DNA of 64,000 bases, taken from NCBI GenBank assembly GCA_022703055.1, contig JAKLEP010000002.1, positions 96,480-160,479 on the forward strand, written 5' to 3'. This DNA is from Candidatus Omnitrophota bacterium. Its GTDB lineage: Bacteria; Omnitrophota; Gorgyraeia; VGKH01. The notes below the pieces were generated by a model. The model worked only from the letters and a program-made list of their open reading frames with translations, searched no databases and was not told the origin of the DNA. Position numbers and translations under genes: made by a program. Of this stretch, positions 39,732 through 48,150 are shown piece by piece (position 1 is the stretch's first letter; each line of letters begins with the position of its first letter).

Positions 39732-41461
39732 TTCGTATTATGACCTATCGCCTGATAAACTGGTTTTGGAAACTCAATGCGAACAGGTTGACGGTAAATC
39801 GGGTGCGTTAATAACAACTCACCTTTATTGAGTCTCGTTAAATTTGATTTAACATCTTGTGAAATAAACCTATAAGTCGGGTCGGCGAGCTCCGATGAAT
39901 CACTGCGACCGATCACTTTCGTTGAACAGTTTCCTACAACCTGACCATGTACTTCACTCATAAACTGCTCTGCGGATATTAATACAACTCCAAGTGATCG
40001 TCCTCTTGCCGCTATATCCAAAACATAATCAAGGATAGACGATTCGCCTTCGCCTTTGCGGGCAGGAGCATATTTATTTAACTCATCAACAAAAATGAGA
40101 ACCTTCTTCGGCAATTCACTGCGCTCATCAACTGTTGCTTCAGCATACATGCCATAAACTTCTTTGATGATATGACCAAAAACCAAAGAGCGTTCTTCAT
40201 CTTGTAGTTTTGCAATATCCACGACCATTGTTTGGCCGCCTTGAATTTTTCTTACTTCTTCTCCAAGATTTGCGGCTCTTTTTTGGCTTCGTTGTTCGAC
40301 AAATATTCCTGACTGTCTATTTTTAACAACGCGCCTTAAAATTCTGATGAAACGCCCAACAGAAGAAGCTGCTACCTGACCATATTTTTGCGGGATACCT
40401 TTATCCATCAAAGGTGCTCCATTTAAAAGCGCATCCCATGTACGTACAGCCTGCCATGCTTTTTCGCCATTCATTACCCCTTGCTGAATTTCACCTATAA
40501 GTGCTCCTAGCGTATCCCACGGATCAGGAACTCTAACCAATAAGTCTAAACCCGGGCCGGGATTAGATCGATCCCCAATAACATCCTCTAAAGAATAAGC
40601 ATAGGTGAAAAACTGATCCGGTGGCTCGCCAAAACAATTTGGCAATCCTGTCGTCTGAGTCGACTTACCCCATGGTAATAGGTATCGAACATTATCAAAA
40701 GCTTTTGGCTTTAAGCCCATTGATTCCCAGAAGGCAATTTCTTCAGGTTTTATACCAGTGCGGGCTTTGTCTATAACAAGTAAGTCATTTTGTTTTACAT
40801 TTAACAAAATAACTCCGATTTCGTTAGCATTTGAGGACTGCAAAATTGACTGAATCAGGAACATTGCATATGATGTTTTTGTAGCAAGTCCGGAAATCCC
40901 TGAAATATTCATATGTGCGCCTTCAGGTCCAAGAATGTACCTTTTATCAAGGAAAACTCGTGCTTTTGTACCATTCGACATCCGAATAATACCTGCAGGT
41001 ATCGTAATTTTTTCCTTATGTTCTTTTTCATATTCGAACATTTTGTCAATCCCCAACGCTACATGTATTCCAGCTTCATCTGCAAATTGGACGGGCGACT
41101 CATTTTGAACAGGCATATAAATTCCCATCGGATATCGTTGATTAACCGCTGGGTCAAAGTTTGCTAAAACATTCACCTCAGCCACATTAGCTCCTTGCCG
41201 AGGGGTTTGAGCCGCACCTTCCGTACTTCCAAAATCACTAGAAATATAATTTGAAAGATGCGTAGGAGCATCGGTAATCTGCTTAATATTTGTTACAAGA
41301 CCGAAGGTACGAGTACCTTGCATCTGATCCGCCTCAATAATGTCAAATGGATTAACAATTTCTTCTGGCGCAAGCCAGAAAGAAAACTTCTCGGATGAGT
41401 TTGGTTCATTTTGTGTTGCTGATGCTTTCCCGATGATATTTTTTTTATTTTCTTCTGCCAT
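39728..41461 (-). CDS. HerA/FtsK-type ATPase (DUF87-like)
   Basis: 577 aa. N-terminal barrel-like region (FSFWLAPEEIVNPFDIIEA...TFGLVTNI), degenerate P-loop GISGLATKTS, Walker B VLIFVDELNKY, and GVVLISAEQ...TKVIGR resembling HerA sensor/arginine-finger regions. Confidence 0.7.
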   Translation of the reverse strand: MAEENKKNIIGKASATQNEPNSSEKFSFWLAPEEIVNPFDIIEADQMQGTRTFGLVTNIKQITDAPTHLSNYISSDFGSTEGAAQTPRQGANVAEVNVLANFDPAVNQRYPMGIYMPVQNESPVQFADEAGIHVALGIDKMFEYEKEHKEKITIPAGIIRMSNGTKARVFLDKRYILGPEGAHMNISGISGLATKTSYAMFLIQSILQSSNANEIGVILLNVKQNDLLVIDKARTGIKPEEIAFWESMGLKPKAFDNVRYLLPWGKSTQTTGLPNCFGEPPDQFFTYAYSLEDVIGDRSNPGPGLDLLVRVPDPWDTLGALIGEIQQGVMNGEKAWQAVRTWDALLNGAPLMDKGIPQKYGQVAASSVGRFIRILRRVVKNRQSGIFVEQRSQKRAANLGEEVRKIQGGQTMVVDIAKLQDEERSLVFGHIIKEVYGMYAEATVDERSELPKKVLIFVDELNKYAPARKGEGESSILDYVLDIAARGRSLGVVLISAEQFMSEVHGQVVGNCSTKVIGRSDSSELADPTYRFISQDVKSNLTRLNKGELLLTHPIYRQPVRIEFPKPVYQAIGHNTK

Positions 41462-41490
41462 GATTAAGCCTCCATTTTTCTTAAAAATTC

Positions 41491-42612
41491 TTAAACCTTA
41501 AATGGCCACTTGAGACCAGCTTTTAATGCCTCCGTAGATATAAAACCATTCTTTACTGCCTGTTCAGCTAGATAAATCGCATAAATATGCGCATGCCATC
41601 TTGAATCTTTACCATGCGGCGTAGCTTGTCGTTCTGCAAGTAATGCAGAAGATAATTCATTAATTATATCTGACGATACCGCCTCCTTACTTGGATTAGG
41701 CAACTCTACTTTAACTACCCCCATCAATGGATAATCCATTTGTTTCTGTTCTCGTAATCGTAGAAACCATATTGCGGCATCGCCTGAACGCGCTGAAAAC
41801 GCACATGTTCGAGAAGAATAAGGCAGGTCGGCCAACAATTCGTAGAGGTTAACGGTTTTACTGCCAAGTTTACCTCCCTGTAATTGGAATGTTGGTTCCT
41901 TGCTAAAAGACTTATTAAGCCAGCAAATATTTGGAATATCCTTGTACATATAAAGATCTTTCCCGGCGTTCCCATCCATTATCAACCAATGATTTTTACC
42001 ACGCTTCAAATCTCGTCCAAGCTCCTCTTCAAGTTTAGCCATTAAATGATGCGCTTTATGCGGAGCTCGAGATCTCGGCTCTTTTCCCGGAGATGTTCTT
42101 TCAGTTTCACCGTCTTCTTCTTGAATATCGCAAAAAGCAAACCGATCGCCTGCTTTTTTCACTAATTCTTCAACCTGATCACCAAAAGAAACAGATTTTT
42201 TATCCATCATCAAAATAATTTTATGACATGACTTTGCAACATTTACGTGTCCGTTATCCTGACGATAAACACACGCCGACCCAATCTGTGAAACATGAAT
42301 TGATGTTCGTCTTTTTCCTTCTACGACATCCCCCAAAAAGAATGTGCGCGCAGAACCATCAATAAAATATCTCAGCATATGTTTTTCTTGACGATAAAAA
42401 GGCGTTAATTGGACGTAAGGGCTCCTGTTAGGAGTCTCAAGAAGTACTTCAAAATAATTATCATCTCCCATACGAAGACGATCAATAACTTCGGCATGAT
42501 CCGGACGCACCATATCTTCCATGGCTTGTCCAGTAGCAGGAAGAACCTTAGCTTCTTTAGTAATTAATTCCAAAGCTGGTTTTAAATCTTTAAAAGGGTT
42601 ATCGTATTTCAC
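41491..42612 (-). CDS. NurA-like nuclease (RNase H-like fold), putative
   Basis: 373 aa. FIDGSAR, KLEEEL, LIMDGNAG and a C-terminal H-rich helix (RWHAHIYAIYLAEQ) occur in the order of the NurA catalytic motifs. The GTG start overlaps the upstream stop (GTGA) and GGAGG lies 6 nt upstream. Confidence 0.55.
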   Translation of the reverse strand: MKYDNPFKDLKPALELITKEAKVLPATGQAMEDMVRPDHAEVIDRLRMGDDNYFEVLLETPNRSPYVQLTPFYRQEKHMLRYFIDGSARTFFLGDVVEGKRRTSIHVSQIGSACVYRQDNGHVNVAKSCHKIILMMDKKSVSFGDQVEELVKKAGDRFAFCDIQEEDGETERTSPGKEPRSRAPHKAHHLMAKLEEELGRDLKRGKNHWLIMDGNAGKDLYMYKDIPNICWLNKSFSKEPTFQLQGGKLGSKTVNLYELLADLPYSSRTCAFSARSGDAAIWFLRLREQKQMDYPLMGVVKVELPNPSKEAVSSDIINELSSALLAERQATPHGKDSRWHAHIYAIYLAEQAVKNGFISTEALKAGLKWPFKV

Positions 42613-45600
42613 ATTTCCTCCAAGGATCGTTTAATTTCTTGTAGATCAGTCAATTCAAAACCCCAAAGTTTCGCAACCTCTTGATCGATTTTTTCTTCAA
42701 TTGACAAAACAGTTTTAGAATCTCCGGAGGCAACCGCAGTATGCGCTGACTTAGAAAGGTCAGCTATTCTTCTATGATGGTTGAGAGACGAAGAAAACAA
42801 GGGGACATTAACGTTATTCAAAATATGGGGCGCAATCTGTGTCCCGACTACATATCGTTTGACAGTTAACCGAATTATCGACGAATTCAAAACGCCGCAT
42901 AAATAATGAGCAGACATTTCATCATCGGTGCTAACAGTTATCACACGATGATCAGGAATAATTATTTTTTCTCCTAGAACTTTGTCTTGTATCGGAGCAA
43001 TAACAGCACAGCGAAAATCAGAGTCAATATATCTCCAACCAACTTTATATTTTGATAGAGTATAGGGGCCTACATTAAACATAGACCAAAATGGATCAGT
43101 TTCTTTATAATAACGTTTAAATGCCGCACGGGCTCTCAGCTGAGTTTCAAACCGTCTTAAATATCCATTAAGACTTGGATATTTTGTTTCCATTAAGGAA
43201 ACAGCGATCCCTTTGCGTTTGGTTGCATCTTGAGTGAATAACACATAAAGTGATGGGGAAGAACTCCAACGTTCCAGATCACGACCCCTTAACAAAGGGA
43301 ACAAAAGTTCATTTTCTACCGCGGCTTGTGTTAAAGCCGCTTTTTTCTTAGCCCCTTCAACTACATTAGAAATTATTATCCTACCATCAGGTCTTTTATC
43401 AGAAATTTCTACCCAAAAAATCGAATTAGCACCGCCAGTATTACATCCTTCGTGTGCGTTATATTCAGATTTCCCTAAAACTTTCTGCATAACTTTAAGT
43501 GCTCGTGGACGAGCAGTAAGCCACGCAGATGTTGGGTCATTTTTATCTATTGGCTCGGCATTCCAAACCTGAAATGTAATTTTTTCCTTTGTAACTTCTT
43601 CATAGGGAGTATCAAAACCAATGGATCCACCTCTGCCAGTAATCCTCTTTTTCCAGCATTGATAAGAAACTGGATATGAAACTTTTCGACCTTTTAAAAA
43701 GACTACGACCGAGGTTCGATTTGTAGCCCCTTCGAAGGGCTTTAATTCAACCATGTCTTCAACGACTAGAGGGGCAAAATGAATTTCATTTGGCAATATG
43801 AATCTTCGGAAACCTTGACCCGCACCCGATGTTTTAAATAAATTTTGAGGCAATACGAAACCAATTTTTCCTTGCATCTCAAGATAACGATCTATTGAAA
43901 CAAATGTCATAAGCATGGCTATATCTTTTTTGCCTTTACCCAAAATTGTATCCATCCCTCCATGAGGAAATAATCCATACTGTTCCCATAATGGCTTTGT
44001 CTGCGTACGATATTCATCAGGTAGACTTTCCCAATTAACCCATGGAGGGTTGCCAACAATATATTGGCATGGGTCAAGAAATAATGGGGCAAAAGAATTC
44101 TTAATAATACGCGCCCAAACCCCATTTAATCCTTGCGCGTGTAGCTCTTTTAGCTGATTCAACAATAGGTTAAGTCCGGATTTAGCTTCCTCCCACTCCT
44201 GTAAGGGTAAAGTAATTGCTTTTTCAACACGATTAATAAAAGATTCGGGCCTAACGTCAGACTCAACACTCTCATCAAGAATATCGGCGAGTATATCCAT
44301 TCGTTCGCGACGCGCAAAAGCGTGTGGTATTTTAAATATACCAACAGAAGTTTTTAATGAATAAACCCCTCCATCAAACAACCCTTCACCTTTTGCAGGC
44401 GTTAAAACTGAATCCGCCTGATATACAGGTATATCTATTTCACTTTTACGTTCTTTGAGTAATTCGCCAAGTGCCAATAAATAATTAGTTCTTGCCGCAA
44501 TTACGGCCAAGGGATTCAAATCAATACCAATAATGTTTTGTAGAATAAGCTTCAGCGTTTCGGCTGGTATTCGTTTCTCTTTATCAGATCGATCACGAAT
44601 ATATTTAATAAGAATGACAAGAAATGTTCCCGACCCACATGAGGGGTCAAGAACCCTCTTTGTCACATCACCTAAATCACGACTTCCCAAAGTTTGTCTG
44701 ATTAAACGTTCTGCAAGCCAATCTGGGGTATAGTATTCACCCAAATCATGCCGTATTTCTCGGGGCAATAAATAATGGTAAAGCTTCTTTAAAAGGTCGC
44801 GGGCATTTTCCGGGGCAAGTTCAAGCGTACCCGGGTCATAATCTGCAAGGCGTTTTATAAGATCACTTATACCATCCTCAATTTCATTATCCCAAGCGGG
44901 TATATACCAACCAAAAAAATCCCCTTCAAGAAAATTGCGAATACCATACTCTCGAAAAAGACCGCCTCTCTCAAGATCAGCCATAGCTAATCTTAAATCA
45001 TCACCTTTTTTTAGAGCAAAAGCAGACAATGGCGCGGACTTCCCTCCAGCAAAACGTGCCGTGGCAAGCGATGCGACAAGTTTGATCAATAATGCGTAAT
45101 ATGTATGCAGGACAAAGAAAACTTTTGCGGCATCTAAATGTTTGATTTGTTCTTTTGTCCATAATGAACTTACGAATGAGCGAAATTCCGCTTTTGATTC
45201 AATCTTATCTGCCCATGCCTTATAATCAGTAGCTTCGCTGAAAAATAATCGCCACTGATCAAATAATTTACCGACTAATGGATGTTTTGTGCTATGCAAA
45301 GCCGTATAAAGAGCACGAATAGCGCGTTGGGCACGAATATTTTTTGGGCCAAAGTCGTTAACTAAATTCTCTGGAACTAATGCCGCGCCTTTTGAAAGGG
45401 AGAATAACAGCCTCAAGAATAGTATGGTCGATGACGAATTAACAGCTAAAGGATCGTCAACCGACCAGCCTTCACCGACTCTACGTACAAAGATAAAATA
45501 ATGACCATCAGTAGCTACACCAGCCAGTCTTTGCGCTTCACGCTTTTCGCGTTTTGCGACATCATCAATATAGTCCTTGACTTGTTTAATAACAGCTTGA

Positions 45601-45872
45601 TTTGCAGAAGTAGCATTTGAACTTTTTAAAATACCCGGACGCTTATATTCAAGTATTAAGCGATTATAAACGGAATCAACCCTGCCTCGAGCCACAGAGA
45701 ACTCATCGCGAGGAATAATAGTAAGACCTACCGATAACCCTGCATCTTCAAGTATTCTTGCGGCCTCTCTACGAAAATCCGCTTCATTAGTAGATTGCCG
45801 AGCCACTGAAGATATTTGCCGAGCGATATTAGGCGCGAGTTCAATCGTTATTTTCTCAATATCTTTTTCCAT
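42609..45872 (-). CDS. MmeI-like type IIL/IIG restriction-modification enzyme (PD-ExK nuclease + N6-adenine MTase + TRD)
   Basis: N-terminal D-x9-E-x-K (GRVDSVYNRLILEYKRPG), then MTase motifs EYYTPDW, VLDPSCGSGTFLV and VGNPPW, and a C-terminal region of about 450 aa. The ORF-track start at 45929 is a TTG; the ATG at 45872 gives 1087 aa. Confidence 0.8.
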   Translation of the reverse strand: MEKDIEKITIELAPNIARQISSVARQSTNEADFRREAARILEDAGLSVGLTIIPRDEFSVARGRVDSVYNRLILEYKRPGILKSSNATSANQAVIKQVKDYIDDVAKREKREAQRLAGVATDGHYFIFVRRVGEGWSVDDPLAVNSSSTILFLRLLFSLSKGAALVPENLVNDFGPKNIRAQRAIRALYTALHSTKHPLVGKLFDQWRLFFSEATDYKAWADKIESKAEFRSFVSSLWTKEQIKHLDAAKVFFVLHTYYALLIKLVASLATARFAGGKSAPLSAFALKKGDDLRLAMADLERGGLFREYGIRNFLEGDFFGWYIPAWDNEIEDGISDLIKRLADYDPGTLELAPENARDLLKKLYHYLLPREIRHDLGEYYTPDWLAERLIRQTLGSRDLGDVTKRVLDPSCGSGTFLVILIKYIRDRSDKEKRIPAETLKLILQNIIGIDLNPLAVIAARTNYLLALGELLKERKSEIDIPVYQADSVLTPAKGEGLFDGGVYSLKTSVGIFKIPHAFARRERMDILADILDESVESDVRPESFINRVEKAITLPLQEWEEAKSGLNLLLNQLKELHAQGLNGVWARIIKNSFAPLFLDPCQYIVGNPPWVNWESLPDEYRTQTKPLWEQYGLFPHGGMDTILGKGKKDIAMLMTFVSIDRYLEMQGKIGFVLPQNLFKTSGAGQGFRRFILPNEIHFAPLVVEDMVELKPFEGATNRTSVVVFLKGRKVSYPVSYQCWKKRITGRGGSIGFDTPYEEVTKEKITFQVWNAEPIDKNDPTSAWLTARPRALKVMQKVLGKSEYNAHEGCNTGGANSIFWVEISDKRPDGRIIISNVVEGAKKKAALTQAAVENELLFPLLRGRDLERWSSSPSLYVLFTQDATKRKGIAVSLMETKYPSLNGYLRRFETQLRARAAFKRYYKETDPFWSMFNVGPYTLSKYKVGWRYIDSDFRCAVIAPIQDKVLGEKIIIPDHRVITVSTDDEMSAHYLCGVLNSSIIRLTVKRYVVGTQIAPHILNNVNVPLFSSSLNHHRRIADLSKSAHTAVASGDSKTVLSIEEKIDQEVAKLWGFELTDLQEIKRSLEEM

Positions 45873-45906
45873 TATTTGCTTCCATTGCTTCCTGATAGTC
45901 AAAACG

Positions 45907-46503
45907 TCAGGGAGTTCGTAAAGTCTCAAAGAAATCTTTTATTGGCTTCAATGATGCATTATTGTGGTCCCAATAGCCAGCCTGTGCCGCTTCATTAATC
46001 CTTTTTCCGGGGTCGTCATTAGCACTCAAAAAAGCATATGTTTTTGCCTTATCTTTCTTATGATCAGGAATAATCACGCCTTTGGTTGCCAAACAGCCCA
46101 TAAAAGAATTGATGCACTGATTTTTATCACAATTATTTTGTTCGACAATACGCATCAACAATGTTTCCAACATTCCATTGTCTCGATTATTAGGCAAAAT
46201 GAAGAAGCTGGTTTTTATCGAGAGGCTTAATGAGGAGAGAATATTTTCTGCGCTTCGCTTTGCATCATCAAAACTATCATCGGCGTCTCGAACAATTGCA
46301 AAACATTTAACATTGTCAACAAAACCTGCCTGCTGGATAACTGCAGATACGTTATCATTGTTTGGCTTACCATTTACCCCAAAGAATTGAATATCATTAA
46401 ACGCCCATTCCTTACAAAATTTAGCCAAAACTCCAGCGTCATCTTTACCCTCAACAACAACAAGAATTGGTTTGGAAATAGCCTGATCTTGCACAGCCAT
46501 CAT
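45907..46503 (-). CDS. Small Toprim-like protein (DUF4276/DUF3226/DUF4435-like), partner of the upstream ATPase
   Basis: 198 aa. ILVVVEGKDDAGVL (Toprim glutamate motif) and AIVRDADD (DxD). Its start overlaps the ATPase stop (ATGA). Confidence 0.6.
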   Translation of the reverse strand: MMAVQDQAISKPILVVVEGKDDAGVLAKFCKEWAFNDIQFFGVNGKPNNDNVSAVIQQAGFVDNVKCFAIVRDADDSFDDAKRSAENILSSLSLSIKTSFFILPNNRDNGMLETLLMRIVEQNNCDKNQCINSFMGCLATKGVIIPDHKKDKAKTYAFLSANDDPGKRINEAAQAGYWDHNNASLKPIKDFFETLRTP

Positions 46504-47573
46504 CTGATCTCCAAATCATTCTCTATCGCGGCTTTGATACTTCCTTCATTATAGGCGATGCTCTGGATACCTTGTTTTGTTTCTTCAAAACGAAAAACAC
46601 CGAGGTCAAATTTTTGCTTTCCCGAAAAAGCTTCTACGGCAGAGCGAACACAATCCAAACTATGGGTAGTAGCAATAACTTGAACATCATACTGCTTCGC
46701 AATTTTCTCAATAACCTGCCAAATAGGCAATAATGCTTTCCAGTGCAATCCGACTTCAATCTCATCAACAAGTAAAACGCCTCCGGGAACACTGAGCATG
46801 CTAACTATTAAGCGAAGCACTTTTATCATACCCAAACCAGATAAAGCTAGCGGGATCAAACGGTCTTTTCCAATATCGATTAAAATCGTAATATCACCAC
46901 CTCGCGGAGCAATTTTAATGTCTTTAATTCGTGGTTCCAAAATTTTCAAGGCCCCAACAACTTCGGGATCTTTTTTTGTTTCCAATAACCGCCCTAAGCG
47001 ATCCGCATCTTCTTTTGGGTTATACGATACGTTATGCAAGAATATTGCCTCAAAGAAAGCTGGCCGAACGTTATCTCCGAACGAAATCTGTTTCTTCTCT
47101 GGAAATAAAGTTAGTTTATTGGCGAAATTGTCTTTCTTTGAGTTTTCATAAACAAATTCGCAAAGGACCCTAGACTGATCTCCCCGCAAAGCCATTCTTC
47201 CTTCTGAGTCACTTGTCGACATAAGGATGGTTGAAGGGGCGCTGGATTTTATTGTAACCTTATTCCAATTATCTTCATTTTCAGCCCGTAAGATTATTTC
47301 TTTATCAGTGTTAAAATTATGGAAAAAGCTATTCAAAGGCGATTCAGTTGCCCCTGCTCCTGACAGATTAATACTAATACCTGGCATACCACGGAAAGTA
47401 TCCGTGCGTAACATGAGTTCTCCAGAAGTCCCTGCCATTATGAACATGGTTTCAAGAAATGCTGTTTTCCCAACATTGTTTTGTCCAGTTATCAGATTAA
47501 CTTGTTTTAATCCATCAACTGTTATTTTTTCGAAGCACCTGAAATTTTGAACTTCGACTTTTGAATAAATCAT
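46500..47573 (-). CDS. ABC-type (AAA_15/AAA_21-like) ATPase
   Basis: 357 aa. Walker A GQNNVGKT, signature-like LSGLGMIKVL, Walker B LLVDEIEVGLH and H-loop ATTHS. Confidence 0.85.
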   Translation of the reverse strand: MIYSKVEVQNFRCFEKITVDGLKQVNLITGQNNVGKTAFLETMFIMAGTSGELMLRTDTFRGMPGISINLSGAGATESPLNSFFHNFNTDKEIILRAENEDNWNKVTIKSSAPSTILMSTSDSEGRMALRGDQSRVLCEFVYENSKKDNFANKLTLFPEKKQISFGDNVRPAFFEAIFLHNVSYNPKEDADRLGRLLETKKDPEVVGALKILEPRIKDIKIAPRGGDITILIDIGKDRLIPLALSGLGMIKVLRLIVSMLSVPGGVLLVDEIEVGLHWKALLPIWQVIEKIAKQYDVQVIATTHSLDCVRSAVEAFSGKQKFDLGVFRFEETKQGIQSIAYNEGSIKAAIENDLEIR

Positions 47574-47614
47574 TTTATTCCTCCTATTGAAGCTCTCGAT
47601 GAGAGCTTTTTTAT

Positions 47615-47791
47615 TTAGCCATTACTCCGGTTTTTTATAAATTCCTCCAAATCTTCTGGTTTAATTTTCCACTGTCCTATTTTTACAGCTTTGATCTCCT
47701 TGCGGGCGATTAGATCACGCACCCATTCTTCTGTGATGTCTAGTTTTTTGGCTACTTCGGGAACGGTTAGATATTTGCGAAGGTCGTCCAT
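47615..47791 (-). CDS. Excisionase-family (MerR/AlpA-like) HTH protein, 58 aa (not in ORF track)
   Basis: Hand translation: MDDLRKYLTVPEVAKKLDITEEWVRDLIARKEIKAVKIGQWKIKPEDLEEFIKNRSNG. It matches the excisionase-family DNA-binding domain pattern (..VA..L.i....v..l.....i.a.kiG..w.i....l..f). Confidence 0.7.
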   Translation of the reverse strand: MDDLRKYLTVPEVAKKLDITEEWVRDLIARKEIKAVKIGQWKIKPEDLEEFIKNRSNG

Positions 47792-47947
47792 GTAAAATAC
47801 CTCTGCTTTGTGTTTAGATGAGTATATTTGAGTCCTTCCCAGTCCTTATAAATCCATATTTTATACTCATCCAACCGCCAAGTCAAACGGAATTATGTTT
47901 TATAACAAAGATGTAAAGCAGTACTGAGAATTGGTCTTCCGTATCTC

Positions 47948-48150
47948 GTCACAAAAACAATATGCTTTTTGTGACAGCGTTCCCGTGCCTTTACTGACAC
48001 ACTGACACGGGTGATGTCAGTGGATGTCACTGAAAAATCCCTAATTTTCTCCAAAAACACATAGTTTTGAAGGGGAATTTGCCTTATTTGGGGCATTTTC
48101 ACCGACCTGCTGACACTGACACGAGTTTTTGAAACTGATATCACTGAAAG
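47948..48150. repeat. Repeat cluster: 10-bp inverted repeat plus two CTGACAC-CTGACAC...TCACTGAAA modules
   Basis: Inverted repeat GTCACAAAAA (47948-47957) / TTTTTGTGAC (47966-47975). CTGACAC occurs at 47994, 48002, 48110 and 48116. TCACTGAAA occurs at 48027 and 48141. Confidence 0.5.

Noticed and set aside
45907-47573. Calling the ATPase/Toprim pair outright PARIS (AriAB)
   Set aside because: Only generic ABC-ATPase and Toprim motifs are visible. The small protein (198 aa) may belong to DUF4276/DUF3226 or RloB-like families instead of DUF4435, and the family cannot be decided without HMM searches.
47591-47607. Hairpin AGCTCTC-GAT-GAGAGCT followed by TTTTTTATTT, read as a terminator separating the HTH gene from the defence array
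   Set aside because: The T-run follows the hairpin only on the plus strand, where no gene is upstream. On the minus strand there is no U-tract, so it is not a convincing terminator for the HTH gene. It is mentioned only as a possible regulatory hairpin.
47860-47886. Promoter TTGACT-N15-TATAAA upstream of the excisionase-type HTH gene
   Set aside because: The 15-nt spacer is suboptimal and nothing independent supports the call, so it is left out of the feature list.
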